Below are positions 1 through 13,800 of a stretch of DNA of 64,000 bases, in pieces. Below the pieces are notes generated by a model. It saw only the letters and a list, made by a program, of their open reading frames with translations, was not told the origin of the DNA and did not search any database. Each line of letters starts with the position of its first letter. Within the stretch, counting starts at the first letter, position 1. A program made the position numbers and the translations under genes. The DNA is from Eutreptiella sp. 'Long Island Sound 2002' (lineage: Eukaryota; Protista; Euglenida), in the NCBI GenBank assembly GCA_964036045.1, contig OZ038378.1, positions 47,368,001 through 47,432,000 of the forward strand, written 5' to 3'.

Positions 1-2380
1 CGACCGTTCATTTTTCCTTTTTTTTTGGCATCTTGCGAACCCCCGATTGGTGGGAGTCTTTGGGCATCGTCCCCTTCGTGCCCACTATCCCCCCCAAAGT
101 CCACATTCCTACCATCACCCACCCCATGTGGTCCTTCACCACAACACTCCAATAGTATCGTGGTGCATTTACACCCCCCACGCTTTCTTTTCTCGCGACC
201 CCTGTCCGCATGCAACCCCTTCCCGATCTCCCCCTTAGTGTAAGGTGTGACCAGCCCCTAACCCCATTTGGGTCGGGCCCTCCCAGCCTCCCGTGAACTT
301 CGTGGATGGTAGTGGGTGCATTGCGTTGTGTTCGTGGGTGGGGGAGAAGGACATGTGAGGAAAACGTAGGTTGCGTACGTCGCGTGATGGTGTGGTTTGC
401 TGTCACCACAAATCAGTGCATAACCATATCTATAGGAAGCCTCTCGTTCCACACGCTGTGCAACAACGTGTGTTCTCTCTTGCAGCCTATGTCGGTCCAA
501 TGCACGTTGCGTACCACCAACGATTCTCTTTCTTTCTTGAAAACCATTCTGGTGGTGCATTTACAAGGACTGGCATTCCATGGGTAAAGTGAAAGTGGTC
601 GCTGCCGGGACATCACAAGAGACATCAGTCATGTGGAACATAGTGTAATCAAATGAGCCTTAATTCCCGAAATTCATTTGGCCTCGGTCCAGCAGCTTGC
701 CATCTATCTCCTCAAGCAACAAGATGGCACTCAAATCACCCACAACATCGGGATCTTGTCCAACAAAAATGAAGAGTTTGTCATTTGCATTGTTGCCTTG
801 CTGTGGCAAGCCTGAGGGCCCGGGGGGGGGGGGTCCTTGTACGCGACACCCCCCCAGTTCCCCCCCCCCCTCCCCGAGTTTTGAAAGATAGCGGTGTGGG
901 GGCCATGGCGCCAACGGCGCCAAATTTTTTGTCCCATGCTTAGTTGAGAAGGGTACTATGCCTTTAGTCCTCAGGACCCTTAAGACAAGACATCGCTATT
1001 ATCGCATACATACCTCTAAACCCCTATGCCCCTAGACACCCCCTTGAGGTATGCATGTGATCGTAGTAGGTTGCGCGCACCCCCCCCCCCAAGCTGCCAA
1101 TAGCCCCCCCGCTCTCCCGCCGACCCCCCCGCCCCAACTGCCTCCCCCCCCCCCCCCTGCGCAACTTTTGCCCGATAACTTGGGGGGATTTCGCATCAAG
1201 ACCAGTTGTAGTCGCCCCCCCGGGCGTGAGGGATCCCAGTGTTGGAGCAACCCCCTCTTAGCTTGTTCCAAATATCCATTCACCCAAACGCTTAGCCCCC
1301 GTTCACGAATGGTTCATTCGTGCTGGTTCTTGTAAGAACCCAATGGCGTTGTTGATCACAAGGAGGATGAGCGTCAAGCATCCTTGTGGGGGAACATATC
1401 CTTTGGGCCTCAAGGGCCAAGGAGGAAACTTTTGATCCCACCGGCACCAAAGTTTTCATCACTTCCCCCCATTCCAAATCCAATTTTTAGATTGCCTCAA
1501 AAATCATGTCCTTTTAGTGAGGATCCCCGTTCGGCCTCCGTTGTGAGTTGTGGTGCACAAGATGGTGCATTGCATTGAGGGTTTGTGTGCCCTTTGGAGC
1601 CATGTGGGGCCGTCAGCAAACTGAGAACTTAGCCCAGTTGGGAGTCACTAATTGCAATTAGTGTTGCATCTATTGTTCATGGTGTGGTTAGCCGGACACG
1701 TGCGACTACTACTAATACTGTTACTTTTTTGGCCAAAAATGGGGGCCGTTTTGTCATGGGGGCAGGGCAGAGGGGGGCCGGTACCACTTGCATTGTGAGG
1801 ACTGGCGACCATATGCAGCAACTTCATATCGCACCCTTCCACTTCAAGTCTTGTTGGATGGCGGCCTTTGCGTTTCTCTACATTGTGGGAGGGGAGGGGA
1901 GGGTGGTGTCCCCTTTGCTACGGTACCAAAAAATTACTAAAAAATTAACCAATAATTGGGGTTCGTTGGCTAATTTTGGCCTTTCGTAATTTTTGCTTTC
2001 TCTGTATTTAGCTCCAGTAGTTTAGGTGTGGGGTGTGTGGGAGGATGCGGGGGGCGGGGGGTATTTTTCACCTTTGGGTTGACACTCAAAGAAAGTCCTC
2101 CACTCCTCTCTCGTGTGCAACACGATACGACATAACACGTAACACACCACACCACACTGCTCATGGATCTGGGTTTTGACAGCACGGGAATTGGAGGGGG
2201 GTGGGTTATTTTCACCTCTACGTTGTGTTGATAGTGACCAGGGGTGGGGGGTGGAAAAAAATGCGCGCATAGAAAAAAATTGCGTACCCCCACCCCGCCA
2301 CCCTCCAAGGGTTGCCAGCGCAAAAACAGCAAAAACAGCTGTCGCACCATAATTGTAGCATTTGGAAAATTTTTTACCCA

Positions 2381-2645
2381 GGGCCAATTCTTGGTGTAGA
2401 AATGGAATTCTTTGCACCAAATTTCCCTTTGCACATGGCATGTACTGAATTGTTTGAACCCATTGATCATTTCAAACTTGTGCTTCTGGTAGAGGTTATT
2501 TGTGAGGGTGCTTTTTTTTTTTGCTTCTAGGGACCAATGTTGGTACAAGGATGGAATTCTTTGCATCAAATTAGTGAATGTGTTTGCATTTCCCTAGCAC
2601 ATGGCATATAAAGAATTGTTTGAACCTATTGATGCATCAATTTCG
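2381..2645. repeat. Imperfect direct duplication, ~150-bp period
   Basis: atggaattctttgca(c/t)caaatt...gcacatggcat...gaattgtttgaacc(c/t)attgat occurs at ~2402-2468 and ~2551-2631. Confidence 0.6.
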
Positions 2646-2943
2646 ATATGGTGCTTCATCATTTGGATTAGAGGAGAGGTCAAATGTAAGTGTGTTTTTG
2701 CTTTGCATTCCAAACATGCCATCCTCTTCTCTTTCTTCTCCGCTGAACATGCATGGGCGAACCGCACCGTGGACGGGTGGAATTGTATTTGTGGGGAGCG
2801 GCTATCCGTTTTGTCCTGTGCGGACACACAACAATTTGCTACTCATTGTTAGGGTCGGAAACACCGGGCAGGTACAGCCCCCCCGCTGAAGCCCAAACAC
2901 CAATTGGCTGTTACATAGTTTTTCTCTGCCGCCCCCCCACGGG

Positions 2944-3401
2944 TCGCGGAGGAGGTGCCCCCTCCGATAGAGAGCGATGGGGAAGATGAGGTTGCAGCAA
3001 ATGACCCAGAGACACAGGGTACTGCTCCTCCCCTGGCCAGCAATGACAATTGCATGGGAGCCGTGCCCTTGGGTATTCCCAATGCCCATGCCTTGCGTGG
3101 CAAATACCCCGTGATGCCATGGATATGAGAAAGTCCACTGGAGGTACGTGGATGGCATGGGGATCGTGTCAGCAACGGGAGCAGCATTAGCAGCAGCAGC
3201 AGCAGCAACAGCGGCAGCAGCAAGAAACCACCCACAAAGAAGGTAGCAACTACGAAGGGCAAGAAGCGGGCGGTAGCTTCCGAGGCCAGTGCTAGCAGCA
3301 GCAGCAGTAGTAGCAAGAAGCCAGCGGAAAAAAACACAGCCGCCGGCAAGGGCAAGAAGCAAGCTGCAGCTTCCCATGGTGGGAAGGCCAAGAAGCAGTA
3401 G
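2944..3401 (+). pseudogene. Decayed ORF tail: acidic segment then Ser/Lys/Ala-rich low-complexity segment; product unknown
   Basis: + strand reads VAEEVPPPIESDGEDEVAANDPETQG...PWI*...SSSSKKPPTKKVATTKGKKRAV...GGKAKKQ* with one internal stop; contains (GCA)n tracts. Confidence 0.3.
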
Positions 3402-4141
3402 GTAGCGGCATAGCAGCGGGCACAGCAACTCGAAACGCCAAACGACTCGAAACGCGAAACGTCGCAAGCTGCGAACCGAAACGACTACGTCACAAAAATG
3501 GGCACCCTGTGACATAGTGGGTCAGGCAGGTTGTTGCCTCAACCACGGGTATGGGGAAAGAAGGAGTATTGGGGCTCAGCTACTTCTAACCGAGGGAGTA
3601 ACGCCCCTCCTCCTTAACCACAGTTGAAGGGTGAGACTTCCCTACCACGCTTTGCACGTTGAGCCGGGGCCGTAGTCTTCACATTGATGGAGCGATGGTG
3701 TCAAAAGATCAACGTGCACTATTTTTGCCTTGAAACGGCTTTGTTTGGTAAAACTTTTGGTCATATGTGTAAGGCAAAAATTTGCGTACCCCCCCCCCCA
3801 CCCACCCTCCGGGGGTTGGCTGTGCAGGAAAAAATGTATGCCATTCCCAGGAATTCTTTTTCCACCGCCCGCCCCGACAGTGACTGAAGGATGTGCACCT
3901 TTGCATTGGGCGGGCGTGCATTATTGGGGCATGTCATCGTGGCTGTGTTTGTTTATCTACGAGCTTTTTCATCCCTTGGCAGACCAAGAACCAACATACA
4001 GCAAGACGGGAACAACACCAGAAACATATCAACGAATTGCTGCTTGTTCCAGTAGGGCACAAGGGATGAGCTCTGGGAACATTTGCCGTGGCACCCTCCT
4101 CAAATGTCACTGATGATCTTTGAATCCTCCTCCTTCTGCAG

Positions 4142-4362
4142 ATTTGCTGACATCCAGTCCGCCGGATATTGATGTGGAATATCATGGGAATCGGTTTGTT
4201 GACGGGTTACGTCCGCTCGTCACCAGCTTCCAACCGGCCCTGATTGTGTGTTCTCCTCTGAGACGTGCCATCCAGACTTGTGGCATTGCGTTCCAAAATT
4301 ATGATCCGGCGGTCAGAATCATTGTTCATCCAGATGCGCGCGAAAAAAACTGCAAAGGGAAG
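4142..4362 (+). CDS. Probable internal exon of a histidine phosphatase (phosphoglycerate-mutase-like) gene
   Basis: Translates ...FQPALIVCSPLRRAIQTCGIAF...VRIIVHPDARE, matching the SPLxRAxQT and PxLxE region of His_Phos_1. Bounded by acceptor tcctcctccttctgcAG (4140-41) and donor AAG|GTATGT (4363). The RHG motif was not found. Confidence 0.55.
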
Positions 4363-5481
4363 GTATGTATCATTGCTGGGGGCAACCTTGCAAACCCACC
4401 CTAAATGGAGTGGTCAGTCTGCGTTCACCCTCTCTGAGAAGCATGGTGTACTTTCTTGATCTGTGTGTTCTGTGCTCCCTCTTCCTGTTTAATTTTCTTT
4501 TTGGCAATCTGTGGCCATGTCTTGCTTGCACAGTTGGCAATTTGTGGCCATGTCTTGCCTGCACACCGCCTGATTGCATCAAAATATGCCCTGAGTTGAC
4601 ATCAAAAAATTGCGTGCATCGTTTCACGAGGAGAACGTGGCACCCACCACAGGTTAGGGCCACGGTTTCTTTAGAAGGGCTGTGAACCAAATGAGGAGGT
4701 GCCCCCCAAAGAGCCCCCTCCCATCTCCTCCTATTCAACGGGGGGGGATTGAGTTGAGAAGTTTTCCAAACCCTGAGACGCAGCTTTTTGCTTAAGGTGT
4801 GGTGTGGATTGTGGTGTTTGCTGTCTTGGCATGCCTCGTGTGTGTGGGCCTCACTATGGACAGGTCTGTGATCATGAAAAAGGCAACCACGCTGTTGATC
4901 ATTTGATCCAAGCAGTGACAGGCTTCAGATGCTCGGAACACTTTGTGGTGATAAAAGGGTCTGGCCTTTTTACCCTGAACCCCATTCCTATCCCCTGAAC
5001 ATCCCCCACCCCCTCCTAAAGAAACCCATGGTTAAGGAGATCATAGAGAAGAAGGATGTTGGCTTGGAAATTGATTGACACATAGCCGCAATGAACAAGT
5101 CATGACTTGGTGCTATTGTCAGCAAAATCGCATGTACAGTGCAATGTTGTTGGATCAACCCAGCCTTTAGAAAACACCCGGGATATCTTGGAGGTATGTT
5201 GGTTTGGATATGCCACTGTTGTTTCCCCTAGAGGGGAGGCTTGTTTTTCTTGATTGGCACCTTTGAAATAGAAGGTTCCCAAGTTTTGGGCCGAAAACTC
5301 AGCTGTAGGATTGAGTTTCTGGACATGGCAGCACAGGGTCCATCATGAGCCATCATCCCAACCACGGGGAGGGGGGGGGGATAAAAATTCGCCGGATCAC
5401 CGTTTTTTCGTAGGGGGGGTAGGGCCTAATAAAAATACCCCCCCCCCCATGTGTGAAGAAGTTTCGCACTGCAATTTTCCC

Positions 5482-5598
5482 GCCAAACAACAGCTTATTA
5501 TTTAGCACGATGAAGTAGGCTATACACATGTTGTAGGCCCCAAACAACAGCTTATTTTTGTGGAGTATGAAGTAGGCTATATACATGTTGTAGGCCAA
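5482..5598. repeat. Two ~57-bp tandem copies
   Basis: ccaaacaacagcttatt...atgaagtaggctata(c/t)acatgttgtaggcc occurs twice. Confidence 0.75.
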
Positions 5599-6534
5599 AG
5601 GTGGTACCCAAACATCTCCCATGCTATTGGGACAAACTTGGTAATCTTACATATCCGAGACAGCCCAAAGTTAAGCCACCACAAAGTGCGGGTGCTGGTC
5701 GTGGGCCCCTGAAGAGTTTTTACTTGGGGGAAAGTGGGTCAAAATGACCCTTCAATTTTTCCAAGTACACTAGCAATAGCATGGGTAGCATACTAGTTGT
5801 GGCATAGGTGAGGATTAGTGCTCCCTCTTCTGCATGCCACGTTGCCCTGTATTGCCCCTTTGTTGTAGGTTCTTTCTTTCTTTTCATACAAACCTAGTTG
5901 AACCTGCAAGTCTTGAATTGGTTTTGCGCAGAACCAATGCCGAGCCCGAGCCTGGGCCCATTGAAGATTGGTGGGGTGCAACGTAGTGGCATCTTGAGCG
6001 CTTGTGCGTGTTGGTGCTTGCTGTCTTGGGCGCCACTAAGTTATACGACACTGCTACAACACACTTGACAACGGCGTTGTCCTCAATATCTATGCCAACC
6101 GCCATTGGGGCACAAGCCACTTGGATCACAGGAGGTGCAGGGTAGCATGCTCCTTCCACTGGTGCGGCATTCCAAGTGCTCAAGTTGTTGGGTTTCACCT
6201 CTTTTGGAAACACGGAATTGATTCCTTGGGATAAGATCAAGGAAATTTTGCTCTACCTTGCAACCGCCCCTCCCCCACCAACCGCCTGCATTTGCTTGTT
6301 GTTGGAGTCCAAGGGGTTTTTGATTGGCGTGCACAGTAGGAATGACCATTGGTTCTGCATGGAGATGCAGGGGTCCCCCCGGGCTCCAAGTTGTGAAGCA
6401 CTCTATACCGAGCTTCTCTTCCCGATGGTGCGGGCTGCCACTTCACCCGTTGACGCCTCAGCATGCCGCATCTGGTCCGTTACAATTAGGGCCAAAACTT
6501 TGCCAGGCACAATCGCCAAGGGCACAGTTGATCA

Positions 6535-7901
6535 GTGTACCAAGACATTTGTCGCAAGTTTACCCGTATTTATGTAGCTGTTACACCTGTATCGCAATCG
6601 GCACCTATGACTGCCGCTACCTCGGACGTGCATGAAGTGTTGTGCACCTTCTGGGTAGTGCAAATGCAACCTGTTTCGCCACATACGTTGCAAGCTCCCA
6701 TACCACCGAGTGCTTCCTCCCCGTCGCGCTTGCAAGTAGTGCAGCCTAGGAACAATGTGCAGGAGTACGACAAGGCCTACAATGCGTCAATTGGTACCCA
6801 ATGGTTTTGTTTGTGCGGCAAAAAGTTGTCTAGATTGGTGCGACCAAGCAGTAGTACATTTGAGCAACATTGCCAAACTAGCCAACCACACTTGCACTTC
6901 ATGCAAGAGAATTGTCCTCCTCAACCACGTGAATGCTCATTGTTGACCTTCTTTGGGGCAACATCATCGAGTTGCAATTCTAGCCTGCAGTCCACACCTA
7001 CCATGCATAGCATGCCGATGGACGCAGTGGCCGAGCAATCCATTTTAGCTGCATATTTGCCACTCACACCCCCATGTTGTCTGAAACTGCTGCCATGCGA
7101 GATAAAGGATGTGAACCATTACCGCGTGTATATCCACTACTACGGCACGCACATGAGAAGGCCGCATGGCTTTTGGTTGATGGCTTGGGCTTGGAATCGG
7201 TAGACCCTCCGTGTAGAGGCAAAGGACCCTAAAACTCAATAGGCTCCATTGTGGCATGTTTCCCATCTCGTGGTGTGAGGCAAAGTGTTGTATGCATGGA
7301 AGCATGGTCGAGGGTAGACGGCCCTATAAAGATTCTCAGCATTGGAAGCTTGGCTCTTAGGCATCTTGCCTCTGGGCCGACGGTCATCGCCATGAAAAAG
7401 GGACCGCCAATCGGAAATTAGCTCGTTCAAGTCATCGATACCTGTACATGATGAAACCATTGCGCGGAATCAAAAACATTGGTAGTTGCAATTGCCAACG
7501 AGGATCAGCCCCGACAGCAAAGGCTTGTGGCTCGGCTCATGGGTGCTGGACATGCTCCTGCAACTGTCATGGCTAACATGTCGAAGGCATTCAAAATCTC
7601 AATGTAAATTGACAAACATGCAGCCATGGCTGTGTATGCTGCTCGTGGCCCGGGTGGGTGTGAATTCTTGAAAGTTGCCAACCATGGTGCCGTTTTAGCA
7701 GGCGATGACAAAGCCATATTGGACATAAGGTTTGAAAAACTGTTGCCTCCCGGGGTAGGCCGTGCAAAGGCTCGGCGTTCATTTGGCGGAGTATGCACGG
7801 TGTGCTCGGTTGTTGCCCGCCATGGCCCTTTTGATGCACCAACCCCGCTTTTGGTAGTTTCCACTTGCAACCGCTTCACATCTACCAGCATGGCGAGGTA
7901 G
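6535..7901 (+). pseudogene. Internally deleted P-element-like DDE transposase remnant (family B, copy 1) with N-terminal C2H2-like zinc finger
   Basis: WFCLCGKK...FEQHCQTSQPH (6802-6891), KTLVVAIAN and SVVARHGPFDAPTPLLVVSTCNRF align by eye to WQCPCGK...FGIHCSGAQH, KALAVAIAD and VALHTEEGYVAIPVWVIPTCGRF of the 45.5-47.9 kb copy; multiple stops. Confidence 0.55.
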
Positions 7902-8596
7902 GTGAAACAACCAACAATGCAACCTTAAAGGTAGCAGGTGCTACCACAAGGCAAAGACACAAGAAACAAGTAAGAAACTCCGTGCTTAGTCAACATTGCA
8001 ACGGAAGGCATTGGCCAAAGCTGACTCTAGACACGATGCATGACATCAGCAGACTCTTCGTGTAGGAGACAAAGACCGAAGACGCTAAGCGAGCTGTGGA
8101 AACACCAAACATAAATGATGCAGATTACGCTCCAAGATGGATCAAAATTCTCACTTCTAAAGAAGAGAAAGGGTACAGTAATTCTGCGGCCCCAACAGCC
8201 TCAACCTGCAACTCGTCAAACTCAAGCCCTAGCACATCCCCATCATCTAGCTCCTCATCAAGCATGTCAATAAGAGCCGCGCCATTTGGGGGGCTCGGGG
8301 TGGGGGTTGGGGGGATCAGCCAACCATGGACATGTCCATGGGTTGATGTCCATGGTTGGCCGTCACAGTATGAACATGGAATTTTTTGATGAATTGTTCC
8401 CATTGCTGCATGCTCCCGACTGTATCTTTGTTCTTGGAAAGATTGTGTGCTCCCTTCTGTTGCGTGTTTTTTTTATTGCCGCATGCGAGGAAAAATTGAA
8501 GTTCCAAAACTATCCCTTGCATCTACATGGGGCTTGCATGAACGATGAGTCGTGTCGCAAGCGGCGGTGGTGCGAAGGCGCCCAACGCCATAAGTG

Positions 8597-8628
<32 letters not shown>

Positions 8629-9729
8629 CTACATGGATTGGCACGGCATTCAGTGTGGTTGGTTTGCTTGCGGCCACTGTGCAGCCTCCTCCCCCCCCCA
8701 ATTATGTAGCACCCATTTTTCTCTCTGGCCCTTCGTCCCTTGATGCGGAATGTGCCATTACCATTAGATAGGATAGTCACTCCCCTCCCAAGTTGTATGA
8801 CATGTTGTAATGTCAGGATGCACCACATTGGGGCATACAATACGAATACCAACAATTTTGATTTCGAGCCGGTTGCCCATTTGTGGGTGGCAACACCTAG
8901 GCGTGGTGTTAACACAAAGACGGCACACAAAGTGCTAACAAAAACGAAGTACTAGAGCAATGCTCTAGGATTGTGAAGGGGAGGAAGATTGGGTTTTTGT
9001 GGCAGGATCCGAGTCAGAAGGTGATCTTGGCTCAAATTCGTTGTTCTGTATGTTCAACAACCCAAGCAACAATGTGAGTGATAATAACAGTGACAATGAT
9101 AGCGATGTGGACAGTAAGAGCTAATGAAAATCAGAAACGAACATAATATCCGACCATTATTTTTGCACCTGTTAAATGTCTTGCAGATGTGCTTGCTTGC
9201 TTGTGTGCTTAGGAGGTACATGGTCCCAAAACAACGAAGATTATATTGGCAGTGTGCCCACTATTCGGTCCCCCAAAATGGGAGCGTTGAGACCGCTTCT
9301 GATTCTATCCTTGCATTAGGCGTTCTGAACCCCCGAGACAGGGGGGCTATGTAGCCATTGTGCCTAGATGCATGTGCCCACATGCTGGCCGTAAGATCGC
9401 AGGGAATAAGTGGCCACTACTGCTTATGGCCCCACGCTACACTTTGGGGACACCCAAGAGGGTCGGCGTGAAGCGGCCATTTTGCCCACCTGTGGGCCCT
9501 CAAGACGGCAAGGGTGAAGGAGCCACTTCTGCTTCAGTCCCCATGCTCACCATTCGGGACCGCAAGACAGCACGCGTTATGTTGCACCTTTGCCCACTTT
9601 TGGCCCCCTTTAGACAGCAAGGGTTAAGTAGCTAATTTGCCCATTTTTCGGCCTCAAAGACGGCAGTGTGTGGTAGCCATTTCTTATCTACTCCCCATGA
9701 TGAGTGTTGGGCACCCCTACAGCGGTGTG

Positions 9730-10185
9730 GTTTTGCGAAATTTGGCAGCATTATTCATGTGTCATTGCTAAATCTCCTAAATTTTGCAAGAAACGTTTAT
9801 GTGTTTGCGAAACCTCACAAAGGCCCAATGTCGATTTTTGCGAAATTTCGCAACGACACGCAAGTGTTTGCGAAATTTAGGAGGAACACGGTAGTGTGCC
9901 GTTGGGAAATTTGGCAACGACATATTCCTTTGTCTACAGCCATTTTTGGGCCTCCGCTCCCGCCTCCGCTCCGTACGTTATCCCCGTAAGCTAGGAGAAC
10001 GCGCACAACGACAATAACACTCCGTAACGCTCCGGAACGCGGATAACGCGGATACCGCGGAAAACGCTTCCAGAAGCACAACCAGAAGCAGAAAACCGGA
10101 ACGCGGATAACGCGGATAACGCGGAAAACGAGGGACTCGCTTCCAGAAGCACCACCGGAAGCACAAAAGCGGAACGTAGAAAACG
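9730..10185. repeat. CpG-rich short-motif arrays: TTGCGAAA(TTT) and AACGCGGA(T/A)
   Basis: Several TTGCGAAA-type copies at 9733-9915, including the perfect palindrome TTGCGAAATTTCGCAA (9838-9853); two clusters of three AACGCGGA-like 9-mers at ~10035-10060 and ~10098-10130. Confidence 0.7.
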
Positions 10186-10869
10186 CGGCCTACAAACGAC
10201 CCCTATACGACGCTAAGAACGGTGGAAGCAAAGCTGGAGGCAACATGCAAAGTGCTTTTCTCCTTGAAAGTGGCTGAACCGCATAAAAACTCATGCGTGA
10301 GTGCGTCGGGCTACCTCAAAAACCCCCAGAAGCGTTGTAAAAACAAGGGTGTTTTTCCCGACCCCTAGAAGCGCCCATTTCGTCATCTACGTCGTAGACA
10401 AAGGAATATATGTGCCCTCGCGACGTACACCAAGAACATGCATGCGTCACATTTTTCTGTAGTGAATTGCCGCGAAGCCGGTCAATAAAGCGGAACAAAG
10501 AGGATGGCACACACATTTGAGCAATTTGGCATTTTGGCAAAAAATATTCACTACAGGAGTAGGTAAGAGCAGCGCAAAACGGGGCGCGAGCAAGACGGGC
10601 ACAACAAAGATGGTGTATCAAAGCGCCTCCCCACCGGATAGTTGTTGACAGGAGGACCCCCCCCACTCAATGTAAATACATCAAAGAGAGCGTAGCTCGG
10701 GGCACAGGGGCAAACAGGTGAGACATAGGCACTGCGAATCATAGTGGCCATAAAGAGGGTGGCACCAAGTGTGAGGTGTAGCCACACATGATGAAGCCGA
10801 CACCCCCCCCCCTGTGGCAGCCTATTTTTGGAGCCCCATACCCCGCACAGGTGCATCCTTTTGGCTTCG

Positions 10870-13800
10870 GAGGCCCGTAGTGCCCCCTATCGTTGTCGTG
10901 AAAAAAGGGGTGATAGGTGGTTTTTTGCATCTGCTAACATGGGGGTGCAAATTTGCATTTCTGCATGAGGATTGGCTCTGTAGAGCCCAGACCAGCTGTG
11001 CAAGTCATTTTAGGCCCCAATATTACACATTTTAGATTTGTGGGCTATGCAGAGCCCGCGCTACAAGTAATTACACTTGTGCCCACCCGGCTCACGTATA
11101 TAGTGGTCAAGTGGCCACGCGACATGGCGCTAGGTGAAGTGGTATACTTTTCGCGCCGCCCTAACATAGTCAACCTAAGCATTGTGCCCGATTCGGTCAG
11201 CAAGAACAGGAATCAAGGATACAAATCCTGCATAAATAACCGGTGGGCAATGATCAATGACAGGTGCACCACCGGACACCACGTCATCTAGATGGAAGTG
11301 CCAAACCCACGCCTGTATTAGGACTTTCCAACAACTTGGACTCTGCAAAGCCCAGCATTCATATACTTGGTACTTACCAGGTGCTTGTCAAGGGTTTCTC
11401 TGTTGGCTGCGCTCTGCACAGCCGAGACCTTCACAGTTTCCTATTTTGCCCCTTTTTTCGTGACATCATAGCACTGTGACACTTTGAAACTTATTCTACA
11501 TGTGGTCTACTGTTATATTTTTTTGTGCCTTTCTGGTGTGTCGCTCTTGTATCCTGATGTACACTGGTGCCATCGTGCTATTGTGTAAGTATCACAACTA
11601 GTAGCCGTTAAGGAGTACTATACAACAAGCCTTATACTTTTTGTAAGCAAGTGTAGTTGGAGCTTGGTGAAGTGATGTTTCTTTTGTTTTGGCGTGTCTG
11701 CTTCTACTAGAGTTTAAGGACATATTGTTTGCAATATACCCTAGTCCATTGCACTTGACTTTTGTGCATACTGTGCAGTGCTGTTGTAATTACTATGTGG
11801 TCGTATGTCCCATATATTAAGTATATGTAACTTACTATTTTCCTGTTACAATAGCCATGGCTGATTTTCCACACGTTAGACGTACCGAGGTGGATGTACC
11901 GGGTGGCGGGGAGGATACGGAAGGAGACGAGGTTGTAGGACTTGTACCCTTACCTCTCCGATCGACTCCGAAGACAATGGAGTTGCTAAGGTACAGCAGT
12001 GGTGTCCAGGCACGATGGTTTGTGCGATACATCTGCGGGCTTGGCGCACGGTTCCGCTTCGCTTTGTGGAACCCAATGCGCAACCCCTTCGTCACATTGG
12101 AACAAGGGGATTGGATATGGCGATCCTATTTTCATTGTTGCCACATGTGCATGTAGCATTGTCGCTGGGTGTCGCTCAGGCTGCGTCCCCACAGCCATGT
12201 GCTGTCCCAGTAAAGAGAGATGGTCAGTACCGGTCGCGGTGGTCATTACTACCTAATATGCCACCAGCCAAATACGGCAAAACTATGTGACCTTCGCATC
12301 CATGAAGTGTTTGGCCTAGTTCCCACATTTGTGTTATGCATCCCGTAATTATCATTTTTAGGGACCCCGCGCCAAATGCCACTTTTACTCCTGCTCAGTT
12401 ACTTGCTCGTGGCTCCCCAGGTCCCCTCTGTCTATTACACGGCCCGCCATTGCCAATTTCCGAATGCTGGGCTGTGCAGAGCCCAACCTTTTTGAACAAC
12501 CCAATTTCATGTCTTCTGCGCATGCTATCCCCAAGGCAAGCCCGTACTTCTTTTACCTCACGTGTGAATGCAGCCCCCACTGAGCACGGTATGTGCTAGT
12601 CCACGCCTATTGCTAGTGTCCCGCTCTGGTTACCGCCTTCTCCTGTTGCGCCAGCCAAACTATCTTCTCACTGTGGCACTAGTTTCTATGGCGTTGCACG
12701 TCAGCTACATGCGTTCTCTTTGTAAGAAAGAATGGCACATTGGTCGCCAAATGTGATTGTCGGCTGTGCACCATGGTGTGGCGGAGGAATTACTTCAATT
12801 CTGTGCGGGTCTACGTGTTAACAAGGGGTCGCGCAGTACGCTTGACCGCATTCGCAAGGCGGTGGCATGAAAACAATGGCCGTGTTGGCTAACCATTTTT
12901 TCCAAGGAGGCTTATCATGTATGGCTGGGTATGTGTCGCATGGCGTTGCCACAAGCTGCCGTCCTGAGTGGTGAGAGCACCATTGCTGTCATGCGGGGAG
13001 ACAGCCGCAAGCTGGTGCACGCACGCCTCACCTAGCCATCCCGGTTGTCTATTGCAGACCAAGGGGCATTGCAGTTCCACAAACTGAGGCGTAGCATTTT
13101 TCGGCGTCATATTGTGGTGTGGGTTGACAACTAGTGGCATGCCCAGTTTCGGGCCAAATGAGTGAAACCCAATGTCTGTCTATATGTCACCGCAATAGCG
13201 GTGTTGCACTCAACCCCCCTTCCCCTTTTTCTTTGTCACCCGAGTCTGCAAGACCTAGTGGACTAGGTTGACACAGTGGCCATGGCAATTGTTCTACGGC
13301 ACAGAGAAATGTTGAAGGTGTGCACTGATATGTGCAATGCACCCATGTCTCGGACAACCATCAGTGCCCCCCTAGATATTGGCCGGGAGGCTGGTAGACA
13401 GCAACTCTTTTGAAAGCCATTTGGCATATATGAGTCCCGTACAGGTCAGAACCAAGAGTTCTTGCATCAGCTCGATATGCTACGCAGTACCCAACGGCAT
13501 CGTCAGAACCCGATGGCATTGCTCGTTGATTGCAACATCCACTACCGGGTACTCCCATTTTTGTACTCTAGAGCAACCGTTGACTTGAATTTTTTGGATT
13601 GATTGCGGGGTATCTCGTTAATTTCCGGCGTGTGGAACCCCTACAAACATGTTTGCAGTATCATCTAGCGTAAATTCTTTCCTTTGTTTTCTTATATCAC
13701 CGCTTGCGTGTTTGGGGCTGGTGCCTGCATATATAACCACCCCAAACTCATTGTCATAGAGAAGTCTATCGCCGCGCTCCTGCTCGCAGCCCCATACATA

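Noticed and set aside
660-923. GLPQ as an RT motif
   Set aside because: No YxDD or other RT motifs nearby.
2802-3515. 237-aa and 180-aa minus-strand ORFs
   Set aside because: Products of (GCT)n low complexity; the + strand reading is more protein-like.
6176-6577. Second tyrosine recombinase (LLESKGFLIGV)
   Set aside because: No catalytic Arg, HxxR or Tyr.
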